In this document: positions 51,909-64,000 of the stretch, piece by piece | Layout of the letters: every line of letters begins with the position of its first letter | How positions within the stretch are numbered: the stretch's first letter is position 1 | Program-made: the position numbers and the translations under genes | Source of the DNA: Catajapyx aquilonaris | Taxonomy: Eukaryota | Length of the DNA: 64,000 bases | Reading direction: 5' to 3' | Assembly (NCBI GenBank): GCA_000934665.2 | Contig: KZ538084.1 | Span: forward strand, 1 to 64,000 | Notes under the pieces: model-generated | Database searches by the model: none | The model's input: only the letters and a program-made list of their open reading frames with translations | Told to the model about the DNA's origin: nothing

Positions 51909-54900
51909 TAGTTGTACCATAAGAGTGTATGCCCCCCCTATAAAAAGGCCACACGCCTCCTAATGGGGGTATTGAATAAATAAAACACTAATAAATAATA
52001 GTTACTTCAGTGGCTATTAAATGTATTAACTGCTTATATTAGGTTGAGTGGCCCCATTCTTTCCTGCATTGTTATTACTAATGTTCGATGCCAATTGTTC
52101 CGATTTGACATTACAATGCAGAGCATTGATATACTATAAAATTCGTCCCAACACTTTCACTTCACCCAAAAGTTCCGCTCAATCCACTTCCTCCTATAAC
52201 AATCAGTTATTAGAAAATTGGCTCTCTTTTCCCCCTCTCTGAAACACTGCCGACAGCCATCGACAAGCCACCCATCCTATCAGCTTGTCCATCTGATTGT
52301 GGAACCACTTGGGACAGGCACTTTCACACCGGGACCCGATTGCCTCCCCATGACCTTCCCTCAAATCCAAACCTAAAAACCGTGTCAGAGATTAGTCTCG
52401 TGTCCCCCCCCTCTCTAACTCTAGTACCCCCTAAAAATTTGTCCGGTATGACATCATCTAGAGGGGGGAAAAAAGGCCCGTCCAGAAAACCCAGAACCCC
52501 CCATTGATTGGCGTCCCATGTCCGGGGGAGCAGCCTCCCTATACATATCCTCCCCGCTTCCCCACCAGCCGACGCCTTCCCCCACGCCTCGCGCGCCCAA
52601 GCCCCGCGCGCGGCCCAACTCAGTCAGTCCCGAGCCGCCACGCCGTGAGGTTGCCCCTACTAACACCCCGTAGCCCCAGATACCCTCATATATAGTGACA
52701 ATTGACAGTGCAGTGTCTCCATTTTTATGTGTTCGCGATGTTAGACTTAGGATTTGAGTGGACATAACCAATTCATTGTTACCTAACTGTCCTGTGGGGC
52801 CTGGACCCTTTTTTCTGTGAGAAAAAAAAACTTGGGGTTGAAAAAGAAGAAAACGAGTGGTGTTGTAGGACCTAGCCAGCAGTTACGACACCATGGGGAA
52901 ATCCGGGTGGAATCCGGGCACGGAATTGCGACTCGTGTGGATCCTGGCTCACGGGATGTGCCTCCTCTTCCATTCCATGGCCGTGGTGGGCAAGATCATG
53001 GAAGAGCAATCAGGTGAGAGAATATTGTTCAAAATACGCGCCACACAAGTGTACAGAATTTACCAAAAAAAAAAAGTGTCAATCTGGTTTTTTTCCGTCT
53101 CTGGTTTGAAAGCGAAGACCGTGAGTTGCATTCCGTGGTAGTCTCTTTTCGCCAGAGGAAATTCTCGGAGTCGGATCAGAGCCTAATGACTTATCTGCAG
53201 GAAAGAGTGAGTTACGGTGGCTTGGATAGGCACGTCACTCTGCCACGATTTTTCACGCGTCCGTTGAGACTTTTCGTCTTCTGCCAAGAATACCAACATT
53301 TTGTCCCGCGCGCCGGTTTTTTACCTCCAGTAGTCCGGTATCGGCCAATGAGAGTTTTTCTATCGACTGTGCCTGGAGGTTGTTAGGTAATTGGAAATAA
53401 TTATCTGGTGCGGTGGATATTAGTGTCGTTATTTTTTTTTATAGATGTCGTATCAAGTATGGCGAAAAATTGTGTTCCGAACTATTGTGCCACTATCGGA
53501 TGGGGACTATTTTGTGGGGGTGAGATATCAGACATTCTGCGGATTTTGTGTCGTTCCAGTCGTCTCTTGGAGACATTTTCCCGTCCCACTGCATTCTACA
53601 GGCAGCGGACAAAAGATTGGAGTTGGAGATGAGAAATGCTCGGCTATAACCTGAATTTGCTGCAACCTCTTATCTGGTCCCTCGACATTTGTTGTTGACA
53701 CAACCATATTTTTTTGTGGGCCGACTTGTGGGGGGGGGGGGGGGGGGGTTTTTCCGTGGNCACATGCAGGCATGTTTTTCAATTTTGGAAGCCCCCGAGA
53801 TTTGAGAGAAGAATATCAACATGCAAATTTGTCAACTGTGGAAATATTTTTGTTTCCATGTCCTCCCAACACCCACCCCACTTTTCAATGAATGGGTCGC
53901 GGGGCACATTTTGCGATAAAAGCATCACGTTCCAAATCCCACAATAGAGCGTGCGGAAAAAAAAAAGAGATGAAAATCGAAATGTTGTTCTTATATATTG
54001 TTGGACAGGTACAGGGTGAGACTGCACCATATTATTCCAGGCAGTTGTAAAGCAAGTTTTGCGGTATGTATGTGTGCAGCCTACGTCAGGGAGGTTGGTG
54101 TCAACACATTTTGAAAGGTTGCCCACGTACCGTTAGGGCCCGTCCATTCAAAGCAGTAGATTTCCCAAAAGAGCATTTCCCACCCCCTAGCAAGGTCGGA
54201 GGCAAACAAATCCTGGCTATCCACTACAAAGACTACCTCTGCATGCTGCTTGCCATAAGTTATCTCCACCAGTTAGCTACAATTTCCTGGGAAAATCTAG
54301 CCTTTGGAAATATCACTGAGCTATTGTGCATATAAATTAGCTGGTCTTATCACCAGTTGAACTTCCTCTCTTGAAGCATGTTTTCCCTCGACAGAAAAAG
54401 TGAGAATCGACCTTTTTCCCCCCTCCCTCCAGTGCTTTGTATACTTAGAAAGATAAAATAACAATCATTATCCAGGATGGCAACCAGATTTGATACCGGC
54501 AAAATTCATTTTAATTATGGAAACGTTGATTACAGCTGGAGTCATTGGTACGTTGAGGCATATTGAATTCCCAAACTCTTTTCATACTTGACCAGTCCGC
54601 GGGTTGAATGAAATGGGAACATTCCATCCATAGAGGGAGGTCATGATTTTTTTTCTTCGAATGTAGATAAAAAAAATGGGGTATAATGCATCAGAAATCT
54701 GTGGCGTCTAACAAAATCGGTGTCTCCCAGAAGGTTTTAAAAAGCGATTTGAATCCGCATACCCAATAGACAACAAATCCTTTTGGCTTTGTAAAATAAA
54801 TAGTTGGATATCTCAAAAGCTACCTGTGGTTGGCATATCAATATGTCAGCCATGGAAGAACTCAAAGGGGGCTGAAAGATTCAATATTCTTAGAATTCCA

Positions 54901-55521
54901 GCCCTGAACCATTTCTGCTGCCGGCTCTCGATCCCGATCATCTCTGGGTGTAGAATACTGAGCAGAATCCAACCAACAGGGGACCGTCGGATAGGAATAA
55001 AAATATATATCCTTATAGGTGACGTCTGAAGCAGCACAACATCTAAAAAATGGCGGGCGTGACCTTTGACCCAGGACATTCCCGGTTGCCAAGGCATTGG
55101 AAAGGTATTTCATAATACCGATTTTTTTTCGTATGTGAAGCGTCTGGTATCGCTGTTGTATCGCTAACATGAACGTGCAGATCAAGCTTCGAGATTCTTC
55201 CGCTCGCAACAACAAAAATTTCATTTTAGATCCTCCTCGTCTCCAGCCTATTGACAAAATTCCGGACTGATTTCTCTGGCTGATAAATTGTCAAGGACTA
55301 TATTGCCTCCAGTACATCAAAGGCTAACAGCATTAGAAGCCTGGCCGATTTTTTCGAATATAATTTAAGCTTATTTGCCTACTTGTGTGTGCAACCCGCT
55401 GTTAAGTAAATAACGTTCGGATCAGTCTAGCCAATAGGCTATTGCTAGGATATTATGGATGCAAATATTGAACAAAAAATGAATTGGAACATCAAAATTT
55501 CCGATTATTAATTTAAATGTA

Positions 55522-55810
55522 CAGTGAAACCTATGAAGTTGGACACCCAAATATGTTGGACATTTTTTTGTAACTGCCAGTGTCTAACATACACAAGTTT
55601 TTGTGAAACCTGTGAAGTTGGACATTTTTCTTGTAACCGTCATTGTCCAACATACACAAGTTTTTGTGAAACCTGTGAAGTTGGACACCCAAATACGTTG
55701 GACATTTTCTTGTAACTGTCAGTGTCTAACATACACAAGTTTTTGTGAAACCTGTGAAGTTGGACATTTTTCTTGTAACCGTCATTGTCCAACATACACA
55801 AGTTTCACTG
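55522..55810. mobile_element. pogo-like MITE built of tandem 79/63-bp units
   Basis: TA|cagtgaaac ... gtttcactg|TA; units start at 55524, 55603, 55666, 55745 in ABAB order. Confidence 0.88.
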
Positions 55811-58706
55811 TATATTTGTATGGTTTCCCAAAATTGAGCCGTCCCTTTTGACATGAGAGTCATGTAATGTCAGGGTAATGATGAGTAATAGAAGTTTTAC
55901 AGAGTGGAGTCATAATCACTCCCCCCCAAAAAATTTTTTTTGGCGGGTGAAAGAACTTTGAACATTTTGCTCCTTTTTCAACCCGAAAAAAACGGAGGGA
56001 GCGGAAAGCAAGTTACTAGGAAGCGGTTTTTGTGGTTCCGAATGTTTGGGAAAGTTTGCGGACTGGCTTTTTCCGACAAAAGAAAGATCTGATTTTTTTT
56101 CTCTTAAGCTTCCTTCACTTCATCCTCTTTTTTTAGGATTGGAGGAGAGAGAGATCCTTCTCATGTTCTATATCCGAATAACAACGCAATACGGAGACAT
56201 CAAGATACGCACCTCATTCAGTACTTATACAGTACATAGCATATTATTTCAAGATAGTTTTTTTCTTCTTCACAAAACGTGCCCATTTATTAACGCCGAC
56301 GTTAATTTGCAGGCCTATAACTTTGAGCCTTAGTCTTCGCTAGTGTCTTATGTGCCTCCAAGTGTTATCCAATAAGATGAAGAGGCTGCCAGTTATTGAT
56401 TTTTCATTACTGGAATCTCCTTTTTTCGCACCCAACGAATACCCATAAAATACAAATATCGGCTATAAAGCGAACGAACATCAGCTGGCAACCTGCCAGC
56501 TTTCTGTTATCCTTAAAATAAAATAAAATACAAGGTGGAGCCTGATTCATGACCTCATCTTGACCCTAGGTGTTATCCTAGAAGACGATACTCCATAATG
56601 GGATCTGGGTCCTGCAGGGGTATGCAGAACTCCAAGGTTGTTCACCCCCCTTTGCCATATACTGTACAGGGACGACAATATTCACTAGGGTATAGGTAGA
56701 CCCTATATACCCTTAACTTGAGTCATGAGCTAAACTTCCTGCAGAGATTCCATTGGCATCTTGCCAATAGTCGACAGCGGTGTGAGATGTTTTAATCTTC
56801 GCAGTTAGACGTGCCAGAACCGGAATTTTAATTAGGCTATCTCTCTCCCTATGGGAATTGATCACTGCAAGGTCTTTAAAGGCGGAGGGTTCTGAGGATG
56901 GGTGGTGGTGGGATGGCTGTCTAAGTAACGACCAATAACAATGGCGGGAGGATCCTTTTCGCTTGGGAAGGAAACTAATATGCAGAAGTCAAGATCGGAG
57001 GGTCTTCGGCCAGGTACAGCCCGGTTGGTGATGAAAATTTGCAAGATCTTTGCGCAGTGACATGCTGCAACCAATAGGAATGGATGACCTCGAACGACCT
57101 TCACGCCTATTGGATAGGCCAATTGAAAGGGGGAAGGACCCGAGTGAGTGCTTTCATTGAGTGATAACAACATGCTTATATGGGGTTGAATGTCCAAAGT
57201 TCATAAACCACTGAGGGTTGTCACAAAATGTGATTGGTGGATCTCACAACGATCCACTGTACTTGTTAAACCTCTCTTGCCCTATGATAGAGGCACCTCA
57301 ATTTTGACTAAATAGCCACGGCTGCTTGAATTCACGGCACGCATCAGGCTGTACGGCAGTGGTTAATGTTACTGCACTGTGCAAAACCGACACTACATGA
57401 TAGTCATTGACTTCTGTATTCCAAGCCACAACACGCACTCGGTCTAACGAAGAACCCTACCCTACAGAAATACCCCAAAAACCGACCAAATTCTGTCCAG
57501 TAACAGCTGACATATGATTCCATGGCACTTATGCTCCAGTGTAATTATGCAAATCCGGACGTAAGGTGTCAAGCACACCTTGTGTAACATACACAATCGG
57601 AAACAGACAGGGAATTCAGTTTGAACGATAACCATCGATAAGCTGTGTAAAATGGCGTGATGATTCCTTTTAATGACTGGCCTGAGAGTTGTCATTACTA
57701 GAGGGGGATAGGGAGGCCGTTTGGGAGATAAGGCGCCCAGCACGCTACCCTCCCACTGCCCACTGTTTTATTTGCAAATCTCTCCACTTTGCCTTAATTA
57801 CCCACGTATTTAATTACCCTAATTACTTTATTATATCCCACTCGTTTTGGCGGATGCAAATCGGCCATTTCTTATCCTCTTCTTGGCCAGACTGTCCGGG
57901 TATTTATGGGATTTTCGGGTTCGTGCTAATAGGGAGTGAAAGCAACCCTGCATTAATATAGCGTGCCAGTTCGGATCATGTATTAGGAGCTGTTAACTCC
58001 TGTATTTCCGGAGGGGGTTATTGGGCCTGAACCGCATGACCCGCAAGTCACGGCCTGTACAGGGCAAGTCACAGCCTGCATGACGGTTGAAAAAGGGCGC
58101 GAAATGAATGTGGTGAGCTGTGACTGGTAAATTCAGCAGTGGGCTTATGTAGCTTATGGTAGTTACAAGTGCGGTTCCTCCCATTTGCCCCGCCATTTCT
58201 GCCACTTCCTTCCCCCGGCCGACTCTCGTTTCCGCCCGGCCTCCCATTTCCTATATATAGGCCTATCATCTACAGGCCGCATTCAGAAGCGTCTTTCACG
58301 CCGCCACCATTAGGTTTCCGATTAAAGCCTCCAGACTTCATTGCCAATCCCCCAAGAAAAATGCCCGTTAAAATTCCAGTCCACGTTAGGGAAATCATTT
58401 TGCTTGAATCCTATTGATCCGAGGGTTTCTATTCCCTTCATAGGTGGTCTTTGGAAGTTTTTACATATAAATCACTAGTTTCCATAGAACAGGCTTGGTG
58501 CTCAAAGCGAGCAGGTTTAGATTCATTAAGCTACTATGCTAGCTCTTACCTGTGCTGGTTTTGTATTAGCTGATCCAGATGACTAGCGTCCTATATACAG
58601 GAGGGTGTTCCAAGTTCGTGGCGCCTTTTATAATAGTTATACAGTAGTTGTAGGAAATTTCGCTCAAGGGTGTTATTTGTTCGTAGCTTAACCATGTGCT
58701 CTATTC

Positions 58707-58920
58707 CAGTGGTTTCCAACCTGGGGGTCGCGGGGATTCGCGAGCCTTTGTTAAACTTTTTTTGGGACGATTTCAATGTAAATTGAACCATTTTTGCGGC
58801 CGTACAGAGTGTATGTTTTCTGGATATGGGGCAGTTGTAGAAGGGGCCGGGGGGGGGGGGGGGCACATTGATGAAAACATGTTTAGGGGGTCGCAGTTGG
58901 TAAAAGGTTGGAAACCACTG
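58707..58920. mobile_element. hAT-type MITE
   Basis: 16-bp TIR cagtggtttccaacct / aggttggaaaccactg with perfect 8-bp TSD ctctattc (58699-58706, 58921-58928). Confidence 0.95.
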
Positions 58921-58954
58921 CTCTATTCTATAGCCACTGCTACATTCGACCACC

Positions 58955-59179
58955 AAGGGGCAACTCGTTAGTGTAGTGGTTAACGCCACAGCCTTCCACC
59001 TCTAAGTTCCCGAATTCGATCTCCGGGTCGGATGGATAACACTTATGTGGAAGAGTTTCGATGGGTTCTGGCCATGTTTGCGTGGGTTTTCTCGGGGTTC
59101 TCCCGTTTCCTCCCACTACCAAAAACCCATCACACGAATGCCAGATATAGCCTTAGTTGCTTTGGCACAACCACAACCA
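58955..59179 (+). mobile_element. tRNA-derived SINE with V-domain-like core (family S4)
   Basis: A box TAGTGTAGTGG, degenerate B box aattcgatctcc, gcgtgggttttctcggggttctcccgtttcctcccac core, 13-bp TSD acattcgaccacc (58942-58954, 59180-59192). Domain label is from recall. Confidence 0.88.
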
Positions 59180-60119
59180 ACATTCGACCACCTGATAGTA
59201 CTGAGGCACCTGGATCGTGGCACAAGCTATAACTACTTTGGAAGATATCAGTGATAACAAAAATCGACCCACGAACTTGGAACTTGTTTAGTTATTCTGT
59301 TAGTGCCTTATTTGTCAATTTAAATTGTTTAAAAAATTAAACAATAATTCAGGCATATCTGGGTTAATGGATGTCCATATAGCTGATAGCGTCACTAATG
59401 AAGGAACTATATGCTAACTATGCCTTATGAGCACAACACAAGGTTAGACTGATCCAACCGTACAAATGAAAACTTTCACATGAGTCAATCACGCAATCCT
59501 ATTCGTACTTGGGGTGAGCCAGAAGGGTCTTAACATGAGGGGAAATTCGATACTACTCACTGTGTATGTTCTAACACTATATCCGGTCCCCTCCCGATAT
59601 TCTCGCATCAGTAGGTTACAAAAGAAGTGGTGTCAGCGTAAAGGATACCCCCATCTCCCATCATTTCTCCCATTCGCCGATCATTTTTCAGAGGGCGATA
59701 AATCGTGCTTTTTTCCGTTGTACTGACCCCTTTGTCCTTTAACATGTCCGTGAAAATATTTACGACCTGGCCCTCGGGTAGAATCGGTGACGACAATAAT
59801 AATATTTTCTACCGGATCGCACTTCTAGTTGTGAAAATTGAGCATCTAAGTGCGTTAGGCGTTAGTAAAGTTGATAGGAAAAAGACAATCTGATCATCCG
59901 AGTGACTTGCGGGCATAACATTGTTTCGTAAATTGCATTTTGGACGCACTCTTCGTAAAGCATCCAGGCATCGACTGTATCGTGACACAAAATTGCTATG
60001 GATTTTTGTCGCTTAAGCGAACGTGTGTTCGGGTCAACCGAAAATAACAAAATATTTATTTTAAATACCGGTACTGTATGTAATGTCCATCTGTGTGATA
60101 TTCCCCGTATCCAGTGGTA

Positions 60120-60215
60120 TGAGTTGGCAGTTTTGCCAACAGATGGCGTGGATGCGGGTGGGACATTGTAGTCTGTCGTGATATAGCCTCGTAGGAGGCT
60201 AGTCTAATAAATAGA
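60120..60215 (+). repeat. Dispersed repeat end with hairpin tagcctc-gtag-gaggcta and CTAGT
   Basis: Homologous to the minus-strand copies at 10031 and 32551. Confidence 0.6.
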
Positions 60216-63200
60216 TCGTTACGAACAATATGTAAAAAATTTGTGACCACATTAATCCTGCCATTCTGCGCACCGCAACATTTGAGCCACTGCAAGGTTT
60301 TAACGAGTATCGTCGATTCATCGTTCCAACCCTTCTTTTTCAACGCAGTAAGACCAGGGATAAGAAATAATCCGGAATTGTTTGCGATCAAGTCTGGCAA
60401 ACTTTTCGTTTTTTGCCACGAACAATCAATTAAGTTGGCTTACATGGAAAAGATCTTGGCGGTTCTGTAAATCCGCAAACAGCATTTCAGCGCAACTTTA
60501 GCTGTGGCATCAAAGTAGAGAGAAGGCTGCAGGTAATATCCACCATCGCGCTTTCTGCCGCAGTCTGCTCGTGCCAAACGATCATATCCGATAGTTATGT
60601 CCATCAACGTGTGTCTGGACTCATCATTTTGTCAAGATTTGCATATTTATGCTGGAGGAAAAGGGCTTCGTGCAGCCAATCGCCAAAGTGCGTCTTAGCT
60701 CTCTTTTTTGTATTCCAACTCGTTACTCTTATGGAACGATAAATTGAACTGCATTCATATATTACTGTATGTCCAGTCTGGAAATGTCGGAGAAAAGCGA
60801 TGGAAACATGGCTGCGAGGAAGAATAAGGTAAATGTGTGAGTTGGGACCTAACTTGTACAGTTTCGAGAAAAAAGATGGGGACAGTCTGTAAGGTTCTCG
60901 ACGGAGGTCGCTGTATGTTGTCACGAGTGCGATGGACCAATAAAGAACGCAAAATTGTCATCGGTTTTATGAGTGTCAATAAGTAGGAAGTTTTTGTAAA
61001 GAAAATCACGATTTAAATATTCACATTGATAAATTTTTGGAAATATAGAATAAATCGGTTATGAAGAGGAGTTAGAATCCCATACATTTAAAAAATGTTA
61101 GAAAATAAAGTTGCTTATTGTATACGTGATTGTGATTTGTGTCATGTTTGATGCGCTTATACGACCGATTATGCCAGAATTTTCGGATATCTATCCATTT
61201 GAAAGCTCATCTTTCCCCAGTGTTTAATTCGCGTTAATACAACAGTCCCTAAGGGCTGGTTGTGTGAAAGCAGATTAGGAACATCTCCGATTATGTAAGC
61301 TTATAGGTATCCCGAGTATATAATCCGACAAAATCCGATATTTTCTTCTTAATTTGTATTGATATATACACCCGGTGGCGTTTAATAGGCAACAGCCGAG
61401 TTTCACTTTTGAGAACAATATGAAAATATCACCATAGTAGCGGAAGTTACACACTTGCCTATCAGCCTTTAAAGGATGTTAGCAAGTATGATAGGACCAC
61501 TATAGGACACACAATTGTACTACACTATGATTATAAGTGAAAATGGTGCTTGATAGAGTGTACCGGAAAAGTGATAGTAGGCCTACTGCAGAGCTATATA
61601 GTGGGGGTAAAAGTCCTGCGAATTTGCAACGATTTGTCTCAGTGTCAGTTTCAAATGGTGCAAATTATGAGGCAAAAATCTTGATGTCCTACAGATTGAC
61701 CTATCTTTCTACCGGTTGTTGGTTCGAAAATATAGGTGTTTGAAACCGGCCTGCTCTGTCCCCTGTGTGAATAGTGCTCCGCAGTGCCGCCATGCCCAAT
61801 TCATTTCTTCGCGTCCCTTTAGCACCACGTTTTATGCTGTCAGAACGATCATCACCCATAATTGACGCCCGGCTTCCACCGATTTGACTCTTTTTGTACC
61901 CTCCACTTACTACCTGTCTATCCCAGTCATTTGCTAAATCAGCCTGGCTCGGTTATTGAAGTTTTTTTTCCCCCACCTGTACAAAGTGGCACACACTAAT
62001 AAGATGTGGACGGGACCATAACGAGCTGCCTAGAATGCGGATCATAATGAGTCCAGGAGAAGATGGGACGTTTATTGTTATAGGACCAGCTCGGTTGTGT
62101 GTGTGAAGGGGGGCATGTCTGTAAATAAAAGCAGGCAGCCATAAATTCCTGGGTTTGAAAAGGGTCTGCCTCTCAGTCCCCCTAGAACGTAATTCATTAC
62201 TAACCTTCCGAAACTGAATTTATTGAAATCGGTTTGCATTTGTTGGGGGGAAGGTAATGAAAATCCTTATAGCGTAACGAAAAATTGTGCGAGGGGGTTT
62301 TCTAGTCCCGACGACACAAAATGTGGTACCAAAATCTGGAATTTACTGCGTCTCCCCTGACGTGAGACTTTCCTCGTCGGATCCGCGCCTCATGAGCTAA
62401 ATTAATGGCTCACGCTTGACTTGTTGACGGAAATGAAGGAACAACACAGTAGAGACAGGCTTTCCGGGGACTGTTCAAGGAGGAGGAGAAGGAGGAGAAA
62501 AAAAAAATGTTATGGGAGACTAGGGGGGTGTGGGTGGATGGGGAGAATTAGCTTAGGTTACCTTTGTGGCCGCCATTTGTCAAGTCTAATGCCTGCCTGC
62601 TTCTTGGGGGAATGACATTAGGTAGTCATGGCTGAGAATTGTTGCATCTAAGGATGCTCAAAATACGTAGTAGAACTGAGTAGAACATAGAAATAAAATT
62701 TGAATAGAATCGGCCATATTTGGTCGTTCAATTGGCCAAGACAAACAAAGGATGTGTAGGTACGCATCAGCTTGACGTGAAATGAGATTAGGAAGAAGAA
62801 ATATGGCATGGTGTGGTTATGTACAATTCATGTCACGTGACCCAGGTACAGAGAGTCAGCAGGGGGGGGGGGGCGTTATTGATAAGATAGCCCGAAATGA
62901 CTGCCTGTGATTAATTAGATGTTTGTTCAGTACAACAACGGTTCATTTTATAAGCGTGACCCGGATGAACTCTTGGTCACACATTATGCAGTAGCATTGT
63001 GATTTGTCCTGCAACGCCTCTGATGTGCCGTGTAGGCATGCGGTTTGCTACAAAAACTTGGCATGCCTTGGCACAGTCCTTACATTTGGCCACTTTATGT
63101 TGGGTAGGTCTACTGCACTGTAAATTCATTTGGTGTGTTCCAATGTCGAGTGAAATAGTTTCTCTGGAAACAATCGACCAACCGAATTAGTTGTGCAGGA

Positions 63201-64000
63201 CTTTACAACTGATGCATATCTACCTCCAGGCCAGTTTCACTATTTATATACAGGTTGTGGACAATGTACAGTACAGTCTCCAGGCTAGTACCGCTAGGTG
63301 GCCAAACTTGTTATGTATGAAAATAGATTCAAAGTAGATACCGCCAACCAGTATGCGTGTTTGGCAGCCACTTGACGCATCGCCTTGGTAACATGACAAG
63401 CCAGTGACGGCCAAGAAAATGCGTCTTGTCGTCTAATCGCAGTCATTTTCTTGATTCTTGATTAGAGGGCAGAATGGGGCTAGTTGGACTCATTTTCGTG
63501 TCGAATTAAGAATGCGGAGAAAAACGGCGGTCGAGCTGTCAGCTAGTGTCACGATTTATGCCACCTTAGGCCCAATCTTGTAATTCCATCTTGTATATCA
63601 TGCAGAACTTTTTTTTCCACCCTTTGTATCGTATACTGGAGGTGCCAGAAAACAGGCTCTTATTCTTTTCATGGTTCGCGTGGATATTATATCTGGGAAG
63701 AACTGATTTAATGAGATTACATTTTTTATCAGCTCTGAGGCCTTGGGCAAGGATTAAGCAGAAAAGGAGCTTATAATATGATTATATTCCCTAGCTAGGT
63801 AATCCAATGCTGGCCCGTGGCTGGCATACATCCATTTTTTTCTCTGTGTAACTATAGCGGTGGACTATGATGCATATTGGGCTTGTAAGTTCAACTTAGC
63901 AGTTTGGTTAGCTATTACCAAAGTTACTAAGTGTAATCAGATAGGTACTGCGTCCTTAACTAGCGGATGATTGCTGGAAGCTGTAACACCTCAAATTCAA

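Larger units (their letters stand above)
58598..59283. mobile_element. Tc1/mariner MITE family M1 (diverged) hosting two nested insertions
   Basis: gggtgttccaagttcgtgg ... cgacccacgaacttggaac; terminal bases of the right TIR are lost. Confidence 0.78.

Noticed and set aside
55524..55810. CRISPR-like array
   Set aside because: Units are tandem repeats without unique spacers, lie inside TIRs, and there are no cas genes; eukaryotic context.
56862..57290. Possible LINE endonuclease remnant (LSLNESTH...PAIVIGRYLDSH)
   Set aside because: Suggestive order of motifs but GDFN and other core motifs are missing and no RT nearby; cannot be supported without a profile search.
58466..58486. Partial similarity to miR-7 (and to the miR-184 3' end at ~34250)
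   Set aside because: Seed mismatch and no precursor hairpin.

Overview
Animal (probably arthropod-like) nuclear DNA from a draft assembly, about 42% GC by eye, with a 341-N gap at 50341-50681 and single Ns at poly-C/G runs. I recognise no protein-coding gene. The window reads as intergenic or intronic DNA containing four kinds of tRNA-derived SINE (several with clean TSDs), many non-autonomous DNA transposons (Tc1/mariner-, pogo-, Harbinger-, hAT- and CACTG-type MITEs, some nested), microsatellites and foldback palindromes. Best leads: (i) a modular/dimeric SINE system sharing one 3' stem-loop; (ii) strong excess of TA-CAG/CTG-TA and TAGGCCTA words resembling transposon excision footprints; (iii) an orphan three-exon candidate gene (4323-6812) ending in a transmembrane segment; (iv) recurring homopolymer-rich G/C islands every 1-2.5 kb. 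I found no convincing novel multi-gene system. Apparent protein-family similarities seen by eye also appeared on opposite-strand controls and were rejected.
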